Position numbers and translations under genes: made by a program | NCBI GenBank assembly: GCA_963806225.1 | Contig: CAWDXG010000001.1 | Span: 1,696,001-1,760,000 of the forward strand | Reading direction: 5' to 3' | DNA: 64,000 nt | Origin: an uncultured delta proteobacterium | GTDB taxonomy: Bacteria > Myxococcota_A > Polyangia > Polyangiales > Polyangiaceae | Shown: piece after piece, positions 49,670-62,682 of the stretch | How positions within the stretch are numbered: the first letter of the stretch is position 1 | Layout of the letters: each line of letters opens with the position of its first letter | The notes under the pieces: generated by a model | The model's input: the letters and a program-made list of their open reading frames with translations, nothing else | What the model was told of the DNA's origin: nothing | Databases searched by the model: none

Positions 49670-51016
49670 ATGCGCTGGGTATCGTCTTCGACCACCATCG
49701 CCATCACGCTCGTCGCGCTCTTTGCGCTTACGGCATGCGGCAGGAGCAACGGAGCCGCCGGGAGCGGCGGAGCCGCGGGGAGCAGCGGAGCTGCCGGGAG
49801 CGGCGGAGCCGCGGGGAGCGGCGGAGCCGCGGGGAGCAGCGGAGCCGCGGGGAGCAGCGGCGCTGCCGGGAGCGGCGGAGTTGCCGGGAGCGGCGGAGCT
49901 GCCGGGACCGGCGGAGCTGCCGGCACCGGCGGAGCCGCTGGGAGCGGCGGAGCTGCCGGGAGCGGCGGAGCCGCCGGAAGCAGCGGGACGAACCCGTTGA
50001 ACGGACCGCCGGCGGGCTGGGCAAATGGCAACGCAACGATTCCCGCCGCGGGGCAGCCAGAAGACGTGTCGAACCCGACCACCGTGATCGGAACGGGCAC
50101 ACCGGCGAGCTGCACCAGCGCTGCGTTGGTGGCCGCGGTGAAGAAGGGCGGCGTCATCACGTTCAACTGCGGGCCGAACCCGGTCACCATCAAGCTGACG
50201 CAGACGGCCAACGTGTACAACAACGTGTCGAAGGTCGTCATCGACGGCGGCGACAAGGTGACGCTCAGCGGGCAAGGCACACGGCGCATCCTCTACATGG
50301 CCACGTGCAACAACTCGCACGGCGGGTATCCGCCCGGGTCGGGTAACTGCAACACCAACCCCGGCCCCACGCTGGTCGTGCAGAACCTCACGTTCATCGA
50401 CGCCAGCGCCAACGGCATTCCCGAAGGCAACAACAACGGCGCCGGCGGCGGCGCTATCTACGCGCAGGGCGGCAGCCTCAAGGTTGTGCACTGCCGCTTC
50501 TTCAACAACGTGTGCGACGATCTTGGCTCGGACCTGGGAGGCGGCGCTATCCGCAAGCTCGACTATCTGGTGGCGGCTGGCGCCGGTCCGGCGCGCCCCG
50601 TGTGGATCGTCAACAGCACCTTCGGCGGCAAGTCCGGCTACGGCAACCACTGCGCGAACGGCGGCGCGCTGAGCAGCATCGGCGTGTCGTGGAACATCCT
50701 GAACTCGTTGTTCTCGTACAACAATGCGGTCGGCCATGGCGCGAACAGCGGTCAGGGCGGAAACGGCGGCGCCATATACAACGACGGCAACGAGATCGTG
50801 ATGAACCTCGAGAGCAGCCTGATCGAGCACTGCAAGGCAAACGAGGGCGGCAGCGCCGTGTTCTTCGTCAGCAACAACAAGACCGGCACGATCACCATCA
50901 AGGACTCGCTCACGCAGAACAACCCGAAGGGCACCTTCGAGACACCGGGCCTGCCCGGCTTCTACGTCATCGCCAAGGGGCCCGCGAACGTGATCAACTC
51001 CCAGATCCTGCCCTAG
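49670..51016 (+). CDS. Lipoprotein with a pectin-lyase-like beta-helix (GGAI repeats)
   Basis: Lipobox LTAC, GTGTPASCT, GGVITFNCG and repeated GGAIY/GGAIR/GGALS. Confidence 0.8.
   Translation: MRWVSSSTTIAITLVALFALTACGRSNGAAGSGGAAGSSGAAGSGGAAGSGGAAGSSGAAGSSGAAGSGGVAGSGGAAGTGGAAGTGGAAGSGGAAGSGGAAGSSGTNPLNGPPAGWANGNATIPAAGQPEDVSNPTTVIGTGTPASCTSAALVAAVKKGGVITFNCGPNPVTIKLTQTANVYNNVSKVVIDGGDKVTLSGQGTRRILYMATCNNSHGGYPPGSGNCNTNPGPTLVVQNLTFIDASANGIPEGNNNGAGGGAIYAQGGSLKVVHCRFFNNVCDDLGSDLGGGAIRKLDYLVAAGAGPARPVWIVNSTFGGKSGYGNHCANGGALSSIGVSWNILNSLFSYNNAVGHGANSGQGGNGGAIYNDGNEIVMNLESSLIEHCKANEGGSAVFFVSNNKTGTITIKDSLTQNNPKGTFETPGLPGFYVIAKGPANVINSQILP
49751..49986 (+). repeat. 18-bp coding tandem repeat (GAAGSG), about 13 copies
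   Basis: ggagccgccgggagcggc-like units. Confidence 0.85.
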
Positions 51017-51154
51017 CCGTTGTCTCTGCGGCGCCCGGGAGAGATGCGGCCATGGCCCGGCCGTGACCCGCAGCAAACGCCTTGCGGCGCTCCGCTCGTT
51101 GAGCGCACCGTCTGACGTTGCGACCCCGCGGGGGAACTGAGCGGTGCGGGCCCG

Positions 51155-51780
51155 CTACTTCCGCCAGTAGGTCTCGAGGTAGACCTCCGGCTTCGGGTCG
51201 AGCAGGCCTTGGCCGTGGCGATCGTCGGACCAGCTCACCGCGAAGTTCGTTCCGGTGACGGCGAGCGTCGGGTACTCCGGCGGCAGGCCGATCGAGCCCG
51301 GCGCTTCAAGGTACGGATCAAGCAGCGATCCGAAGTCGGGTGCGGCGACGTTCATCGCCACGCCGATGTGCTGGGCGGTCGTGCTGCACTCGGAGCGCTG
51401 GTCCTCCCAGAACATCGCGAAGCCGTCGGGGTGCGCGGCGATACGCGGGTACTCGCGGCTGCCTTCGTGATCGAAGAGCGCTCTAGGCTTGCCGAGGCGG
51501 TTCCCCTGCGCGTCGAAGCGCACGGCGTAGAGCAGATCGCGTTCCAGGCTCTGGTCACAGGGGCTCTTGGGCGTGACCGCAGCGGCGGTGTCGGTCGCTT
51601 CGTACACGAGCGCAAAGGAGCCGTCTGGCGGCCGGCGCCGACTGCACCTGCACGGCCGCTGGCGGCCAGTACACCTGCTGGGGCGCCAGCACCTACGTCG
51701 GGCAGGGCGCCAACTACCCGACAGGTGTTCCCGGGCTGGACCACGCGAATGGCCTGGCCATCGGTCGGGATCTTGCCTGC
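51155..51780 (-). pseudogene. C-terminal remnant of a secreted repeat protein
   Basis: FAMFWEDQR, FAVSWSDDR and EVY motifs; upstream frame broken and no start found. Confidence 0.45.
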
Positions 51781-52081
51781 TCGCTCCGCGACAGCCAGGC
51801 GGTGTATTGCTGGGGCGGCGTCAGCCTACGCATCCTGGAGGACAGCACCTCCACCTCCACGCCAGTGCCGCTCGTGCTGTCTCCCTGACCAGCCGCCGCG
51901 CTCGTCCCGGGCCGTAGGCAGGTCGACCCAAGGCGAACCGCAAGAAGACCCGGACGGTCAAGCGGGGAAAGAAATAGCGCGCGTAGGTGCGATGAACGCC
52001 CTGTCTCGATAGCCCCACGTCAGTCTCGCTGTCTCTGCGCTCCGATCAGATCCCCGCCCCCGCGCTCGCGCCACTCAGTTC

Positions 52082-52219
52082 GGCGGCGACCAGAACTGCG
52101 CGATCCGTTCCGGCGCGTACGACGGGGAGCTCTTCTGCTGGGACGCCAACGAGTACGGCCAGCTCGGCGACGGAACGTTCACTAGCCGGCTCTATTCCGC
52201 GCCCGTCGTGTGGCCCTGA
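52082..52219 (+). pseudogene. RCC1-repeat remnant
   Basis: GGDQNCAI...GELFCWDANEYGQLGDGTFTSR..P*. Confidence 0.6.
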
Positions 52220-52633
52220 CCCAGCGAAGCGCCCGGGTTCTTCGCAGGCAATGCTGAGTGCGGCGGCCAGACAGGCCGTGACTGTGGAGCAGGATCATCG
52301 GCTCGCCGCTGTGCGCGGCGCGACCTTCGGTCCGCGAGAGGCCGGTATCGGCGCCGGGCGCCATTTGTCCACGAGACTCACGATCGCTTGAGCTCGACGA
52401 TGACCGCGCCAGCATGTTGTCGCGCGCCACAACGTCGGCATCGAACGCTTCGCCCGGCCGCGCCGTCCGGTTCAACAACGCGGACCTGATATCCGCCGCC
52501 GGGCAGATCGGAGGGGCAATGGCGTGCTCCTGCGATCCAGAGTGACGGAATAACGCATCGTGTCGAGCGTAAGGCCATCCGAGCCGGGGGGATAGGCAAG
52601 GCCTGCTCCAATAGGACGGGTATACTGAGCCGG

Positions 52634-55228
52634 ATGGTGGATGCCCCCAAGCGCATCGCCCACTTCCGCATAGGAGAGCGTCTGGGGCGCGGCGGAATGG
52701 GCGTCGTGTACCGCGCCGTGGACGAGAAGCTCGGTCGCAACGTCGCCATCAAGGTGCTTGCGCCCTTTGCCGCCGGCCCGGAAGCGCGTGCCCGCATGCT
52801 GCGCGAGGCGCGCGCGGCGGCCGGCCTGAGCCATCGCAACATCGTCACCGTCTACGAGATGGGCGACGACGGCGAACATTTCTACATCGCGATGGAGCTT
52901 GTCGAGGGGCGCTCACTGCGAGAAATCCTGCGCCGGGCAACCGAACCCATGACGTGGCGGGAGGCGGTACGCGTGGCGCGTGCCACTACTTCGGCGCTTG
53001 CCAGGGCCCACGCGGCCGGCGTGGTCCATCGCGATCTGAAGCCCGACAACGTACTCGTCGCCCAGGACGGCGAGATCAAGCTCGTCGACTTCGGTATTGC
53101 GAAGCTGATCGCCGGAAATTCCCAGGACGACGCCGAGGTCGAGGCGCTCACCGCGACGGGGAGCTGGGTAGGGTCACCAGGCTACATGGCGCCCGAATCC
53201 TTCGGCGAGGGCGAGATCGACGGACGCGCCGACCTGTTCGCCCTCGGCGCGCTGCTGTACGAGCTCCTCACCAGGACGCGCGCGTTCCGCGGTGACTCGC
53301 CTCCCGACACGATCCGCAAGGTCATGCTCGTCGACCCACCCGCGCCGCGCACCGTCGTGCCGGAGATCCCGCCGGCGCTCGAAGCGCTGGTGATGCGATG
53401 TCTGGCAAAGTCCCCCGCGAGGCGCTTCGAAAGCGCCGACGAGCTTCTCTCCGCGCTCGAACGCATCGCTGACGCCGACGCCGACGGGGACGTCGCGACG
53501 CTCGGCGCCACGTCGCTCACCGCCCCGACGGTGCAGATGACGCCAGAGGCTTCTCCCGCTTCGTCGCTTTCGAAGACCACGGCGAGGCGCGGCTTGTTGA
53601 CGGCGGCGGGCGTGCTCGCGGCGCTCGTTGCCGTTCTGATCGCCGTCGGCACCCTGCGTTCGCGCGCACGCGCAGGGGCGCCGCCCGCGCAGCCAGCAGC
53701 CAGTGCTCGCGCTCCGAGCCCATTTTCGGATCCGCGTCCTGTCGCGAAGTGCAACAAGGCTGCGCGTCGCCAGTACCTCGAAGCGATGCGCGTGCTCCAT
53801 GACACCGGCAGTTCCAACGCGGAAGACTTGTTCGAGAAAGCCGGCAAGGTTGATCCCGGGTGCGCGGTCACACAGCTGCGCGTCGCGCTGATGACGCTGA
53901 ACAGCACGGCGCGACGCGAGGCGTTCGAGCGCACGCTGGGCATGATCTCGGCCCTCCCGTCGCGCGAAGCCGCGCTGGCCCGGGCCTACGTCCCCGAGGT
54001 CGCCCGGGATCCGCCGGATCACGCGGCGACCTCGCGGGCTCTCGTCGCGCTGGCGGATTCCCGTCCCGGCGACGCCGAGCTGCAGGTTCTGGCCAGTGAA
54101 GAAGCGCCCGACGCGCCGACGGCGCGGCGTCTCGCCGAGCGTGCGCGGCAGATCGACCCATCTTTCGCCAACGTCTGGACGACCCTGTACGACGTGGCCA
54201 TGCGCACCGACGATCCGAAAGCGGCGCGCGCCGCGATCGACGCATGCAAACAGCACGCGCCCGCGGCCCTCGGGTGCAAGGAGTCGTTGAGCGATCTGCT
54301 CTTGCGGACCAATGACTGCGCAGGGCTCGAGACCGAGGCCCGCCAGGTCAAGCTGCAATCGGACGACACCGGAGTCTACTGCGACATCGCGTTCGCGCAG
54401 GCGACCCTGGATCCAGCAAGCCCTCTCGTACCCGAAGCTATCGACCAATGGGAGCGGCGGATCACCTACAAGCATCTGTTCGTCGCGGAGACCTGGCGCG
54501 TGGCGCGCAAGGTACTGCTGGGGGACTTCACGGGCGCCGACACCGATCTCCGGAAGCTCTCCGTCCAGGTCAAGCCCGAGGCCAACCTCGATCCCCATTT
54601 TCGCGTTGGAGGCCTCGAGTTCGAACTACGGGTCGAACGCGGTGACGACGCCGCAGCGGCGCGCTTCGCCGTCGACTTGCTGTCGCGCCGGCAGGCCTGG
54701 AACCGTTCGGTCCGCAACACCAAGCGCGTCCGCTGGGAAGTCGCCCGCATGGGCAGCCTCGTCGCGGCCTCGGCGCTTTCTGCCCAGTGGGACCTCGCCG
54801 CATGGCAGAAGGAGCTGGCTTCTCTGCAGCCGACGCCAGAGGTGACGTGGGCATACGGCACCGCCATGTTCGTCCGCACTCCGGCCGAAGCTCGCGAGGC
54901 CATGAAGACGGCGCCCCCAACGCACGTGATCCCGTACCAGGCTACGCAGGTCGAGCTCTTGATCGGAAGCACGGCCCTGCTCGCCGGCAACCCGAAGGCG
55001 GCCCTCCCGCACCTGGACAGCGCGGCCCATCGCTGCGACGCCCTGTACAACCCCTTCGAGCACACGCGCGCGTGGCTCCTGCTCGGCGAGGCGCGCGACG
55101 CGCTGCACGACAAGAGCGGCGCATGCGCGGCGTATCAAGCGGTGCTGGATCGGTGGGGAAAGGCCAACGCGCGCTCGGTCACCGCCGACGAAGCCCGCAC
55201 GCGCGCCCGGGCGCTTGGTTGCAACTGA
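52634..55228 (+). CDS. Membrane Ser/Thr protein kinase with an extracytoplasmic TPR-like domain
   Basis: GRGGMG, VAIK, REA, HRDLKPDN, DFG, GSPGYMAPE, a TM helix and a helical-repeat C-terminus. Confidence 0.93.
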   Translation: MVDAPKRIAHFRIGERLGRGGMGVVYRAVDEKLGRNVAIKVLAPFAAGPEARARMLREARAAAGLSHRNIVTVYEMGDDGEHFYIAMELVEGRSLREILRRATEPMTWREAVRVARATTSALARAHAAGVVHRDLKPDNVLVAQDGEIKLVDFGIAKLIAGNSQDDAEVEALTATGSWVGSPGYMAPESFGEGEIDGRADLFALGALLYELLTRTRAFRGDSPPDTIRKVMLVDPPAPRTVVPEIPPALEALVMRCLAKSPARRFESADELLSALERIADADADGDVATLGATSLTAPTVQMTPEASPASSLSKTTARRGLLTAAGVLAALVAVLIAVGTLRSRARAGAPPAQPAASARAPSPFSDPRPVAKCNKAARRQYLEAMRVLHDTGSSNAEDLFEKAGKVDPGCAVTQLRVALMTLNSTARREAFERTLGMISALPSREAALARAYVPEVARDPPDHAATSRALVALADSRPGDAELQVLASEEAPDAPTARRLAERARQIDPSFANVWTTLYDVAMRTDDPKAARAAIDACKQHAPAALGCKESLSDLLLRTNDCAGLETEARQVKLQSDDTGVYCDIAFAQATLDPASPLVPEAIDQWERRITYKHLFVAETWRVARKVLLGDFTGADTDLRKLSVQVKPEANLDPHFRVGGLEFELRVERGDDAAAARFAVDLLSRRQAWNRSVRNTKRVRWEVARMGSLVAASALSAQWDLAAWQKELASLQPTPEVTWAYGTAMFVRTPAEAREAMKTAPPTHVIPYQATQVELLIGSTALLAGNPKAALPHLDSAAHRCDALYNPFEHTRAWLLLGEARDALHDKSGACAAYQAVLDRWGKANARSVTADEARTRARALGCN

Positions 55229-55955
55229 CGACGGCGAGGCGTGCGGGAGCGATTGCCAAGGCGGCGTGTCGCCGCTGGCGCGGCCGGCAACGGATGCGGC
55301 GTGGCACGTCTCCGTGGCGTAGTGGCCCGGGCCCGGTTGGTCAGGATCGCGCGGCGGGCCACGCATAGTGCTTTTCCTGATGGCACGCGGGGCACGACAG
55401 GCTCAGCTTGCCCTTACGCCCTGTCCACACCGATGTGCTTCAGACTGTTGCGGTGCCCGATCTTCGGCTTGGACTCGAAGCGCCCCTCGGGCTCGGGCCC
55501 CGCCAGGTCGCCGACAGACTGCTTGGCGTCGTGGAATCACGGCCGACTTCGCCCCGAAGGGAGTGATCCGGCGGGCCAGGATCAGTGGCTTCGGACATGG
55601 GTACTTCGACATCACGATGTGGGCGGGAGACGCGTGCGATGGATGGCCCGTTCGGCAAGGGCCAGCAACCAGGGCGGGCACGGCGCATCGCGCGTCTGGA
55701 AGATCGATCCGGCGGGCGACACACTGAGCCGTCGGAACGACGCTGTCGCGCCACGAAGTCCCACCCGTGACGGACAGGATAGCGGGTGCGTGGCTCGACG
55801 CCGCCGGCTCGTCAGCGCCTACGTCTACGGCGACGCCGATTTCGAGAAGGCGCTCCAGCTCTGCAGCTCTACGTCCGCCACGCGCGCGACGTTCCCTCCG
55901 GCGCGTTGCAGCGCTCGCGGCTTGATGCTTGGATCCCGTTCTTCCAGCCGCGCCT

Positions 55956-56791
55956 CTAGAACCGCGTAGTGAATCCTCCGCCGAGCGGGGAGGCCGTGAT
56001 GAAAGCCGCCGTCCCGCGCGTCCTCACGACCTTTTCGTGACTCGAAGGCCACCACAAGAAGAAGTACGTCGAAGCTGCCAGCGAAACCGCCGCCACTCCG
56101 AGCGAGACGTCGGCGATCAGGAAATGGCTCCGCGCCGAGTCGCCGGCGTTCGGCTTGCAGCTCGGCGCGCAGCTGTGCTTCAGCTCTAGATACTCGCTCC
56201 GACCTTTCAACCCGAAGTAGGTGAAGCTCCCGAGCCCGACCACGCCCACGCCCGCCAGCACGTAGGCGATCGGCGGCGGCGGCGGTTTCTCGTGGACCGA
56301 CTTGCCGCCCGGGAACGTCACCTCGACCAGGCGATTGCGGACGCCCTGCTGCAACACGACGTTGCGCTCGACGCGGATCCCGCCGGGACGCTCGTACACG
56401 AAGTGGTAGGCGCCCGGGTCCAGCTCGATCGGCGACCCGTCTACCGCTCGGTGGGAGAAGTGACCCTCCACGCCGAGCGTCACATCCGTCAGCTCGCGGC
56501 CCCCCTCGTCCTTGGCGCTGATCACCACCGAAGGGATCGCCCTGGACACCTGGTCCAGCCATTTCGAACAGTCCTTCTCGACCAGACCCGGACAGCTCTC
56601 GCCGGCGCACAACACCAGGCGCGCCCGCGCTTCTATCAACTTCTTGTCCCGGCGAAGGCGCTGCGCATCGTGGTGTGCGGCCAGACACGTAGCGGTGTTG
56701 GAATTCTCCGCCCGGACAGTGCGGCCCGCCGTCGTCAGGCACAGCAGCACCGCTGCGCCGACGATCGCTCCCCGCGTTGCTCCTCGACCGC

Positions 56792-56804
<13 letters not shown>
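55956..56804 (-). CDS. Secreted TPR/PEGA-like kinase partner protein
   Basis: Signal peptide, Cys-containing helical domain, IELDPGAYHF beta domain and two hydrophobic helices; overlaps the kinase stop. Confidence 0.65.
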
Positions 56805-58335
<1,531 letters not shown>

Positions 58336-58357
<22 letters not shown>

Positions 58358-59609
58358 TGCCCGTACGTCTTTCCCCCCTTGCCCGTGCAGTACGCCGCTG
58401 CCGCCGTCGGACAGTCGTTCCCCGGCGCCGGAATCCGCTGATAGCTGGTCGACTTCCAGTTGCCGCACTGCACGCAGCAGACCTTGCAGGTGCACGATCC
58501 GGTGTTGCACAGCGTGCAGCCGTTTCCGCTACCGTTGCAGCACGTCTGGGTGCCGGGACACGCCTGGTCCGGCACGCCGCCCGGGCAGCACGGTTCGCCC
58601 ACCTTTCCGCAATGGGCGCACTGGGAGCCGTCGCCGACGCCCAGGCAGACGTATCCGTTCGGCTGCGTGGAACCGCACCAGGTGCCGACGGAGGGGCACG
58701 TGTGGCAGGCACCGTCGCCCCCGCAGCGCAGCGCACCGGAGCAGCCCGTGGGAGGCGGACAGCACGGCTGGCCTTCCCCGCCGCAGGAGATGCAGTGCTG
58801 CGTGCCGTCGCACATCATTCCGGCGGTGCACGGCGTCGTGCTCTGGCAGCACGGATCGCCCGGTTGCAGGCCGCAGCTCGTGCACGTACCCGAGAGGCAG
58901 GCCAGATCGCCCGTGGCGCACTTGGCGCCGGTGCCGCAACAGGGTTCGCCGTTCGCGCCGCACGCCGCGGCCTCGCAGTGCCCCTGCGGATTGCAGGTCA
59001 GCCCCGGATCACATTGCCCGTTGCAGCAGGTCTGCCCGTCGGCGCCGCACTGTGCGACGCATTTTCCGCCGCTGCAGCTCAGCCCCTGGTCGGTGGCGCA
59101 GCGTACGATCCCGCTGCAGCAATCCTCGCCCTTCTCGCCGCAACCCGTGCACCTGCCCTGTGTGCACTTCAGCTCGCTCGCATTGCAGGCATCGTACGCG
59201 TCCACGCTCGTCGTGCAGCACGGCTCCCCCGGGTCGCCGCAGTGCTTGCACACGAAGCTGTTGCACGTGCAGCCGCCGGAAGCGTCGACGCTCGAGAACG
59301 TCCGGCGCGCCGTCCAGACCGGAGGCATCTGCCGCGGCATCTGGGCAGTCGCAGCCCGTGCTTGACGGCGGCGCCGCGTCTCCGCCCTCGGTCGCGGCGT
59401 CTCCAGCGTCGGGCGTCGACGCATCCGCACCGCTCGGCGCCGCTACGCATGCGAGATTGTCGCCGCAGACGTTCCCCGCGCAACACGGCTTCCCCTGCGT
59501 GCCGCAGGTCTTGTAGTCAGTGGAAACCGAGTCGAACGTCGTACACGAGACCGCACGCTGTGACGTAGAGCAGCAGCGAAGCAAGAACGAGCCTCGGTCT
59601 TGCGGGCAC
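58336..59609 (-). CDS. Cys-rich lipoprotein with CGxxGxPCC repeats (frameshifts near 59535 and 59290)
   Basis: GTG 59609 reads VPARPRLVLASLLLYVTAC; continues in ORFs 59009..59620 and 58336..59430. Confidence 0.75.
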
Positions 59610-59623
59610 CACACAAGCATACC

Positions 59624-60076
59624 TCACTTGCGCGATGCGGCGCTAACGTCAGTGCTCCGCGGCGCGCGCGAGGGCGGCCTCGCGTGCTGTTCCATGGCTT
59701 CCACGAGCTCGGCCAGATCGAACGGCTTGACCAGGATCCCGTCGGGCGCGGCGCTGCCGGCAACGGTCGAACCCTCGTTGGCGGAGATCAGCACGATCCC
59801 CAGATCGGGGCGCGCCGCCCGGGACCTTTCGGCAAAACGTCGCCCGTCGCCGTCACCGAGCATCACGCCCATCGCGACGTAGACGGAGTGCCCCGCCCGG
59901 CGGAGCTGACGGGCGACGGCACCGACGAGCTGATCCGAGCACAGCGCCGCAAGCATGCGCGCGAGCCCGGCGCTTGCGCCACCGAGAGTCTCCTCTATCG
60001 GCCGCCCCACGCATTCCTCGCCGAACCACTCGCGGAACAGGCGGCTCGCTCTCGCGACCCGCCCCTCGTTGTCCAC
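59624..60076 (-). pseudogene. Degenerate PAS/receiver fragment
   Basis: PAS-like DNEGRV...VGRPIEE joined to receiver pieces RPDLGIVLISA and LVKPFDLAEL; phosphoacceptor segment missing. Confidence 0.5.
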
Positions 60077-60208
60077 GATGGCCTGCGAACACGGCGCGCA
60101 GACGAATGCGGCGCCGAGGGCGTCATCTGCTTTCTGCGCGGAGCTGGTGCGAGGGCCAGGATTCTACCTGCGCTGGAGCTGGACTTCGGAGAGGCGTACG
60201 ATGAAACC

Positions 60209-61159
60209 GTGCGGCTCGAACCGAGGAACGTCCTGGCGATCCTGTTGGGTTCGACGCTGCTCTATCTGACAGCGTGCGGTCTCGTGTACAACGTCGACTC
60301 GGTTTCGAAGGACTTTCCTTCCTGCGGCCATGAGGGGCAGGCGTGTTGTGCAGGGGACAGCTGCGGCGAACACCTGGCTTGCGCCCCGCGGGCGATCGCC
60401 GGCGGAGCCCTCGACGGGTCAACGCCCGACGCAGGGCGTCCCGACGCTGGCGCGACCTGCGATTGCTCGTCCCTCGACGCATCGGTGGCCGCAGAAGCCG
60501 GTGCCGGCTGCGACTGTCCGGAGCGCGTGTGCCAGCACTGCGGCGACCCCGGTGAACCGTGTTGCGGCAGCTCGTGCACCAGTGGCGGCCTGACCTGCAA
60601 CGTCAGCGGGCGCTGCACGGGTTGTGGAGAGCTGGGCGACGCCTGCTGCGCAGGGCCGGTGCTCTGCGCCGCCGGTCTCGCGTGTTCGCAGAACGAATGC
60701 AAACCGTGCGGCGGCGAGAACCAGATCTGCTGCGCGGGTCCTCAGGGGTGTGGCCCCTCCCGCACGTGCGGTGGCGACGGCCGCTGCCACACCTGCGCCG
60801 CCCGCGGCGACTGGTGCAAGTCGGACCCTACGACCAAGTCGATCTGCCTTGGTGTCGGCGACGCCCACCAGTGCGTGAAGTGCGGAGCCACCGGTCAGCC
60901 GTGTTGCCCCAACGGCAGCCAATACCCATCCTGCGACACCCAGCCGGTGTGCTGTCCCCCGCCCGCCGACGGTGCTTCCTGTGCTCAGTATTGCGGTGGC
61001 GGGATCGACTGCGTGTGCAAGTCGTGCTGCTACAAGTGCTCCGACGGCGACGGCTGGAAGCAGATCCACGCCGCACCGACCAACTGCAAGCAGGTTGCCC
61101 GCAAAGCATGCGGAACCGGAAACGTCGAGGACGCGTATTTCAAGGGAGCCTGCCCGTGA
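60209..61159 (+). CDS. Cys-rich lipoprotein with CGxxGxxCC repeats, paralog of 58336..59609
   Basis: VRLEPRNVLAILLGSTLLYLTAC-GLVYNVDSVS; shares QHCGDPGEPCC and CLGVGD with the paralog. Confidence 0.8.
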   Translation: MRLEPRNVLAILLGSTLLYLTACGLVYNVDSVSKDFPSCGHEGQACCAGDSCGEHLACAPRAIAGGALDGSTPDAGRPDAGATCDCSSLDASVAAEAGAGCDCPERVCQHCGDPGEPCCGSSCTSGGLTCNVSGRCTGCGELGDACCAGPVLCAAGLACSQNECKPCGGENQICCAGPQGCGPSRTCGGDGRCHTCAARGDWCKSDPTTKSICLGVGDAHQCVKCGATGQPCCPNGSQYPSCDTQPVCCPPPADGASCAQYCGGGIDCVCKSCCYKCSDGDGWKQIHAAPTNCKQVARKACGTGNVEDAYFKGACP

Positions 61160-61316
61160 CGTCGCCGCGGGGCGACCCCGGAGAAGCGGCGGCGGAGAGG
61201 TCGTCGCCGCTTCCGTGCTGAACGGGCTCCATCGTGACTACCGGCCAGCAGCGTAATGCCGGGGCATTCATGTCTGCGGATGATGCAGGTAGCCATGACA
61301 CCCCCCGCGGGACCGG

Positions 61317-61691
61317 GTGGAGGTGAAGCAGGGAAAGGAGCTCCACGTCGAGATGCGGGGTGACCGGAAGTTCGAGCTCGTGTGGACGGAAGGGAGCACG
61401 GTAGTCAACACCATCGACGTTCCCTGCAGGAAGGGGCCGGTGGGCTCGAGCGGCGACTACACCTCCCCGGACCTCGCCAAGGCGATCTCCCGGGAGTGGA
61501 AGAAGAACGGCAACCACCGGGCGGCGACCGACAAGAAGTTGGACCAGGCCGTGCTCCACACCGAAAGCACGACCCCGTTCTCGGATGTCATCGCTGTCAT
61601 CGATGCGATCTACACGCCACAGCGCGAGTTCGATTTCGCCGGCAAGAGCCAGAAAGTGCCGGCTTTCAACGTCACCTTCGCGGCGAACTGA
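61317..61691 (+). pseudogene. ExbD/TolR-like periplasmic domain lacking its N-terminal TM segment
   Basis: QAVLHTESTTPFSDVIAVIDAI and PAFNVTF; no TM helix and no exbB neighbour. Confidence 0.5.
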
Positions 61692-61818
61692 GACGGCCAT
61701 GAGTTTTCGCCACCTCGACCGGGAGGGCTGATTTTCTCCGGGTCGGGGGGGGGCCGGCGTGGTAGGCCGTGGTGATGGCTTGTCGCGAGCCGGTCGGCGT
61801 TTCCGGAGGGACGCCCAC

Positions 61819-62682
61819 GTGAACGGACGCCTCCTGCTCGTCGTCGCGCTCGTTGCGGTCGGCTGCAGCGGCTCGACGTCCGGCGGTTCGCAGCCGGTCA
61901 GCGAGCAGAACTACGCCAACGCGCTGGCTCACGCCATCTGTGACAACATCGGAAGCTGCTGCCAGAAGAAGAGCTACGGCTACAGCGACGCCAAGTGCCT
62001 GACCCGGTTGCTTTCGACCGCGAGCCTTCCCCCGGACAGCAAGTTCAACGCCCAGCAGGCCGGCGCGTGTGTCGATCTGTACGCAAGCGCTGCCAGGAGT
62101 TGTTCGATCAGCGACGCGGTGGCGCAAAAGCTGGACGCAACGTGCCGCGCTGTGTTCACGGGAGCCAAGCCTCCCGGCGCCTCCTGTCTAGATAGTTCCG
62201 AGTGCGCGCCAGCGAGCGGCGGGGGCGCCTTCTGCAACACTCCCGGCACGGCGGTCACGGGAGTGTGCGTGGCCGTGACGCACGCAACGGCCGGCGCCCC
62301 GTGCGTCGGCAGCTGTGACCAGGAGAACGTCCCCTTTTGCTACAACGCTAGCGGAGCCTCCGTCCCCGACCACGGCGGCGCTTGTTTTGCGACTGATGGG
62401 CTGTATTGCTCGAACCAGGGCACATGCGTCCCCTTGACGGCTCCCGGCAAGGACTGCTCCGTGACTCCCTGCGCGGCGGGCGCCTACTGCGACACGTACG
62501 GCACGGGCGTCTGCCAGGTGTACGCGCAGCTCGGCGGCGATTGCAGCCAGGGCCAGCAGTGCGCTCGCAATGCCAACTGTGGCTCGGCCGGCACGTGCCA
62601 AGCCATGCCGTCGGACAACTCGATAGTTGACGCGGCGCTGTGTTCCGGTGTCGGCGGTAGCGGCGCGGACGCCGGACCGTGA
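61819..62682 (+). CDS. Cys-rich lipoprotein
   Basis: GGAGG RBS, VNGRLLLVVALVAVGC and many CxxGxxC motifs. Confidence 0.75.
   Translation: MNGRLLLVVALVAVGCSGSTSGGSQPVSEQNYANALAHAICDNIGSCCQKKSYGYSDAKCLTRLLSTASLPPDSKFNAQQAGACVDLYASAARSCSISDAVAQKLDATCRAVFTGAKPPGASCLDSSECAPASGGGAFCNTPGTAVTGVCVAVTHATAGAPCVGSCDQENVPFCYNASGASVPDHGGACFATDGLYCSNQGTCVPLTAPGKDCSVTPCAAGAYCDTYGTGVCQVYAQLGGDCSQGQQCARNANCGSAGTCQAMPSDNSIVDAALCSGVGGSGADAGP

Noticed and set aside
55368..55930. Coding remnant between the convergent kinase loci
   Set aside because: Some protein-like patches, but no recognisable family or consistent frame
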